From an uncultured Halobacteriales archaeon (GTDB taxonomy: Archaea; Thermoplasmatota; E2; JACPAO01; JAHFTW01), in assembly GCA_964643795.1 (NCBI GenBank), contig CAZXUC010000003.1:13549-77548 (forward strand): a stretch of 64,000 bases of DNA, written 5' to 3'. Under the pieces are notes generated by a model. That model was not told the origin of the DNA. It ran no database searches and saw only the letters and a program-made list of their open reading frames with translations. The translations under genes were made by a program, and so were the position numbers. How positions within the stretch are numbered: the first letter of the stretch is position 1; each line of letters begins with the position of its first letter. Shown here piece after piece: positions 60,530 to 64,000 of the stretch.

Positions 60530-61687
60530 GTGGCCAAGGACGGCGATAAAGGGGAAGACGGGGAAAATTACGAGTTCCTCCCGCCCGACTTCGACGAGGA
60601 CGCCTTCATCCACAAGGAAATGGTGTCCTACAAGACCACCGTCATCCTGTTCCTGTGGGGCATCCTCGCCGCCCTCGTCAGTTGGGGCATCTTCGCCGGA
60701 ATCGGCGGAGCAAAGAGCGGCTGGAGTCTTGGCCTGCTCGTCTGCGCCCTCATGGGCGGACTCCTGAAGTGGATTTTCCCGCGCTTCAAGGCTGACATTA
60801 AGCACTTCGGGCGCCGCGAATGGCTCGGCACGGCGGCGCTGTTTTTCTTCACGTGGCTGTCGTTCTTCATCCTCGCCATCAATCCACCAATCTCCGATTA
60901 CGCTCCTCCTCGCGTCGCGATTTACGCGGCACCACCCGTGCAGCAGTCGGGCGGCGATGTCACGCTGGACCTCTTCTTCGAGGACAACGAGCGCGTGGCG
61001 GACTACCTCATGCAGTTGAAGCTTGGACCCAACGACCTCACCGACCCGTCCCGGCTCATCGATCGGGGCAAGGGCCACTTCCAATACACGGCGACCGCCC
61101 TTCCGCCGGGCAATTACACGGTCTTCGCGAGCGCCACCGATGGCGGGGGCCGGCAAACCAATACGGAATCATCCTTCCAAGTTGTCGCACAACCCCTGCG
61201 CGTCTTCCTGCCCGACGCTGGCACGCTCGATGCGCCAGGCGATGCGGTCACGGTCCAGAGCGCCGGAGACATCCCCACGTGCATCACGAAGAAGAAAGTC
61301 GGCATCACGAACGAACCCTGCATCCGCATCGTCCGCCTCGAGATGTTCGACCGCGCGACCCCGACGGCAGTGCCCATGGAATGGTCGGTGAGGGATGGTG
61401 CGTGGCACGCGAGCGCGAACTTCGCCGGGTGGCAAGCGGGCAACAACTCGTTCAAGGTCGTGGGGGAAGTGGTGGATGGCTTCCACGGGTCGGAACGCAT
61501 CGATGGCGGCGACCTCATCGCGGCCGGGCCCTTCACGGTAACCGTAACGGCGCCCCTTGGGAGCTTCGTCCCAACCGAGATCAAGCAACCAAACGCGCCG
61601 TTGCGCAGCGTCCCGGGCATGGAATTGGGAGTCCTCGCCTTCGCACTGTTGGCCCTTGCGGTCGCGGCAAGGCGCCGCCAGGAGTAG
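60530..61687 (+). CDS. Membrane/surface protein with N-terminal TM bundle, Ig-like ectodomain and C-terminal PG-hydrophobic-RRR anchor
   Basis: ORF 60455-61687; GTG 60530 preferred from TATA spacing. TMs ILFLWGILAALVSWGIFAGIG, LGLLVCALMGGLL, AALFFFTWLSFFILAI. C-terminus PGMELGVLAFALLALAVAARRRQE. Confidence 0.6.
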   Translation: MAKDGDKGEDGENYEFLPPDFDEDAFIHKEMVSYKTTVILFLWGILAALVSWGIFAGIGGAKSGWSLGLLVCALMGGLLKWIFPRFKADIKHFGRREWLGTAALFFFTWLSFFILAINPPISDYAPPRVAIYAAPPVQQSGGDVTLDLFFEDNERVADYLMQLKLGPNDLTDPSRLIDRGKGHFQYTATALPPGNYTVFASATDGGGRQTNTESSFQVVAQPLRVFLPDAGTLDAPGDAVTVQSAGDIPTCITKKKVGITNEPCIRIVRLEMFDRATPTAVPMEWSVRDGAWHASANFAGWQAGNNSFKVVGEVVDGFHGSERIDGGDLIAAGPFTVTVTAPLGSFVPTEIKQPNAPLRSVPGMELGVLAFALLALAVAARRRQE

Positions 61688-61784
61688 ACCGAACCATACT
61701 GGTGCGGCTCTCGGCGCCGGAGGGGCGCAATCAAGCGGGAATCCGACAGGAACGGTTTTCTATGCTGGAGTCCACGCTAAAATC

Positions 61785-62834
61785 ATGCGCTGGATTGCGA
61801 TTATGCTCGTTGTATGCCTTGCCCTTGCGGGGTGCCAGGCCAAGAAGAGTGACAAGAACGACGCCGAAACCGGGACGAACACCTCCGGGGGCGGAACGGG
61901 AACCGGCACGGGGACGGGGACGTCGAGCGGGACGAACACGGGCGGACCTGGCCTAGGCACGATCACCCTGAATTTCACGCGCTCCACGCCGAACGGCGCG
62001 GTGCCGCTTGGCGTCAATTTCACACTCGAAGCGACGTTTGCGCGCGCAGGTTCGTCGGCACCGCCGTCGGGCGCCTCGTGGACCGTGACGACCGTCGCGG
62101 TGGGCGGCAACGATTCCTTGAACGCGAGCGCCCCCGCGATGCTGACGGGAACAACACTACCCGTGAACTTCACCCTCAACTTCACCGTGGCCGGCAACTT
62201 CTCGGTTAAGGCCAGCATCAAGGCACCCGGCTACGCGCCGAGCAACAAGACCATTCTCGTCGCAGCGATTGAGGGTGGACCTGGTGCGCCCATCTTCTTC
62301 GACGGCGCGGAAGGCGATGCGAGCCAGTGGACCATCACGGCATTCGTCTACATCAACGGGAATTTTCCGGCCCCAGCCAACAACAACGATGAATACGAGA
62401 CCACGCAAACGCATCCGGACGGCGGGTGGACACAGGGGACGACGCAATTCCACGCGGGCGCCAAGTCTTGGGGCACGACGTACCCCGACAATCTACGCAC
62501 ACGCATGACGAGCGCCCCGTTCGAAGTGCCAGCTTCGGGCGCGACGCTGTCGTATTGGGTCAAGGGTGGAGCCGAAGAAAACAACGTCGACGGCATCCAC
62601 GTGCTCACCGGCGCGTCTCCCACCGCTCTTACCAAGGTGGCGTACCACACGGCCGTCATCGCGGATTGGACCGAATTCAGCGTTCCTCTGTTGGCGGGCC
62701 CCACCGTCGTGCAGTTCCGCTTCGACTCCGACGTCGGATGCAGCAATGAAAGCCCCCCGCCCCAAGGAGGCGCCGCGTGCGCCGCCGGCTGGGACGGCGG
62801 CGGCATGTTCCTGGACGATATCCTCGTCAAGTGA
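61785..62834 (+). CDS. Lipoprotein with Thr/Gly linker and beta-rich domains, unknown function
   Basis: Lipobox LALAGC. Linker TGTNTSGGGTGTGTGTGTSSGTNTGG. ATG 61785 chosen inside ORF 61557-62834. Confidence 0.65.
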   Translation: MRWIAIMLVVCLALAGCQAKKSDKNDAETGTNTSGGGTGTGTGTGTSSGTNTGGPGLGTITLNFTRSTPNGAVPLGVNFTLEATFARAGSSAPPSGASWTVTTVAVGGNDSLNASAPAMLTGTTLPVNFTLNFTVAGNFSVKASIKAPGYAPSNKTILVAAIEGGPGAPIFFDGAEGDASQWTITAFVYINGNFPAPANNNDEYETTQTHPDGGWTQGTTQFHAGAKSWGTTYPDNLRTRMTSAPFEVPASGATLSYWVKGGAEENNVDGIHVLTGASPTALTKVAYHTAVIADWTEFSVPLLAGPTVVQFRFDSDVGCSNESPPPQGGAACAAGWDGGGMFLDDILVK

Positions 62835-62920
62835 ACTGCCGAAATCCACCAAGGCCTGCACGAATCGACCGTGGCGAGCCTCGGCTCCGCCGCCCCGGTG
62901 TTGTTACTCCCTTCTCCTAA

Positions 62921-62993
62921 TGGGCCATTTCGGATTTGAACCGAAGGCTACGAGTCCCGAACCCGCAAGGTTACCAAGCTACCCCAATGGCCC
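62921..62993 (-). tRNA. tRNA-Pro (CGG)
   Basis: Hand fold of the reverse complement: acceptor GGGCCAT/ATGGCCC, anticodon loop TTCGGGA, T arm TTCGG-TTCAAAT-CCGAA, discriminator A. No CCA. Confidence 0.85.
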
Positions 62994-63156
62994 GTTGGAG
63001 CGGGCGACTCGGGAGTGGTATTTGGGTGTAGCGTTAGCCAGGTGGCGATTCAGCGCTTCTGGCTCGCGGCCGGAATTCAAGACGTGCAACCGATACCTTA
63101 GCGCACTCCGCGCCGGGTCCCCGTAGGGCAAGGCACCACCCTCGCCTAGGCTCATG

Positions 63157-63186
63157 TTTATATCCGATACGTAGCCATGGCTACGT
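63157..63186 (+). promoter_or_regulatory. TATA box TTTATAT (63157-63163) plus perfect 18-bp palindrome ACGTAGCCATGGCTACGT (63169-63186), a putative operator
   Basis: Read directly. The palindrome ends at the start codon region (GTG 63185 / ATG 63188). Confidence 0.55.
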
Positions 63187-63187
63187 G

Positions 63188-63556
63188 ATGAAGGTCACGT
63201 CCTTTGCCGGGGAAGTACCGGAGCGGAATGCGGAGTTCCACCTGGCGCATCGCCTCATGGCCGCGGACGGAGACCTCGACCGCCGGGTGCTTGGCACTTT
63301 GGTCGGGCGGCCGCGCCGGTTCGCCGAACTCAAGCCACTGCTTGGCAAGCGCACCGAGGCGAACTTGACGCAGGCCCTGCAACGCTTGACGCGTGACGGC
63401 CTCATCATCCAGCGCGCCGCCGACTGGGACGACCCAAGCATCAAGACGCATGAACTCACTCCACTCGGCACGCTCGTCTTGTACCACATCGTGGAGATGG
63501 ACTTCGCGGCGCGGGCGGCCCGCCTGGGCTCCAGCCTCGCCGCGGCATCCGCATGA
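63188..63556 (+). CDS. HxlR/MarR-like winged-helix regulator (cassette 2)
   Basis: RFAELKPLL...NLTQALQRLTRDGLIIQR...IKTHELTPLG. Paralogue of 27535-27903. Confidence 0.7.
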   Translation: MKVTSFAGEVPERNAEFHLAHRLMAADGDLDRRVLGTLVGRPRRFAELKPLLGKRTEANLTQALQRLTRDGLIIQRAADWDDPSIKTHELTPLGTLVLYHIVEMDFAARAARLGSSLAAASA

Positions 63557-64000
63557 CTCCCGTGCCCCCCACGTTCCGGGACGTGGTGCAAAAGCATTGG
63601 CGCTCGACGCCAGCCTACGTCGTGGCAAACGTCCCGCCGTGCCTTGGCCTGCGCGACCAAGCAATCCTGCCGAAGGGGCGTCGCTACGAAGCCACCGCGT
63701 TCGGGGACTTGGCGAGCATCACGCCGCCGAAGAGCTGGGCCATGGCAGTCATCCTCTGCCCCGGGGACACACTCGACGACGTCGCCGCCTGGGCAATGCG
63801 GCACAAAGTCGAGGATGGCAACCGCTCCCTCTTCTTCCACGTGGCCGGCGTGGACCTCAGGGCGGCATTGGCTCCTTGGCGCGAGGCCGGCTACGGGTTG
63901 CCGTTGTTGGTGGAAGTGGAGACTTGGCTCGACATGGCTCGCGTTCTGGGCCAACACTTGAACAACACGATCCTCCGCGACCACACGGCGCCAGGCTGGC
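63553..64000 (+). CDS. Unknown 'CPGDT-motif' protein (cassette 2), 3' end off the window
   Basis: Own translation: MTPVPPTFRDVVQKHW...SWAMAVILCPGDTLDDVAAWA...ALAPWREAG... ATGA overlap with the regulator. Not in the ORF track because there is no stop in the window. Confidence 0.6.
   Translation, partial: MTPVPPTFRDVVQKHWRSTPAYVVANVPPCLGLRDQAILPKGRRYEATAFGDLASITPPKSWAMAVILCPGDTLDDVAAWAMRHKVEDGNRSLFFHVAGVDLRAALAPWREAGYGLPLLVEVETWLDMARVLGQHLNNTILRDHTAPGW

Noticed and set aside
1-64000. Search for CRISPR arrays, rRNA genes, reverse transcriptase (DGR/retron/group II intron), inteins and C/D-box sRNAs
   Set aside because: No regularly spaced identical repeats with unique spacers were seen; the repeats present are palindromic and irregular. 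No rRNA-like sequence and no RT (YxDD) ORF were found. The synthetases are of normal length. An ATGATGT near 39727 has no matching D box. This was a visual scan only, so small RNAs could have been missed.

Overview
GC-rich chromosomal segment. It looks archaeal (euryarchaeal-type) because it has archaeal/eukaryal-type ProRS and GlyRS, Pelota, an NFACT/Rqc2 homologue, TrmY, MfnA, archaeal-type Hpt, three tRNAs without encoded CCA, and BRE/TATA-like boxes about 26-30 nt upstream of many start codons, which suggests mostly leaderless mRNAs. No finer lineage can be asserted from the sequence alone.

Gene content, left to right:
- a partial SF1 helicase
- a bacterial-like beta-oxidation set: three crotonases, a 3-hydroxyacyl-CoA dehydrogenase, and further on a thiolase, an SCP2 protein and a Delta9-type desaturase
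- mazEF, an aldehyde dehydrogenase and proS
- several lipobox or membrane-anchored surface proteins
- an intact IS element, followed by a compositionally atypical islet of secreted proteins
- glyS, glpK, a class-III aminotransferase, and an HxlR-MacB-like ABC operon
- hpt-mfnA, then tRNA-Asn / NSS-like transporter / tRNA-Leu
- trmY, nhaP-like antiporter and thiolase
- a tandemly duplicated surface-receptor-like module (beta-propeller + PKD + TM + conserved cytoplasmic helical domain, each followed by a lipoprotein)
- an EamA transporter, thioredoxin, an overlapping NFACT-pelota pair, and tRNA-Pro

Three things are least explained by ordinary annotation:
1. A modular family of palindromic non-coding elements fills most intergenic regions longer than 100 bp. 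It includes a composite of about 400-620 bp in three copies, 178-bp and 98-bp hairpin elements, a conserved tail module, and short 'word hairpins' sharing a GAWTTYC-like core.
2. A two-gene cassette (HxlR-like wHTH plus an unknown 'CPGDT' protein) occurs twice, each copy with its own palindromic operator.
3. The duplicated propeller-PKD-TM-cytoplasmic-domain / lipoprotein modules carry a conserved promoter motif.

No CRISPR array, rRNA gene or reverse transcriptase was seen. All functional calls come from reading motifs in the supplied translations or my own translations. No database search was run.
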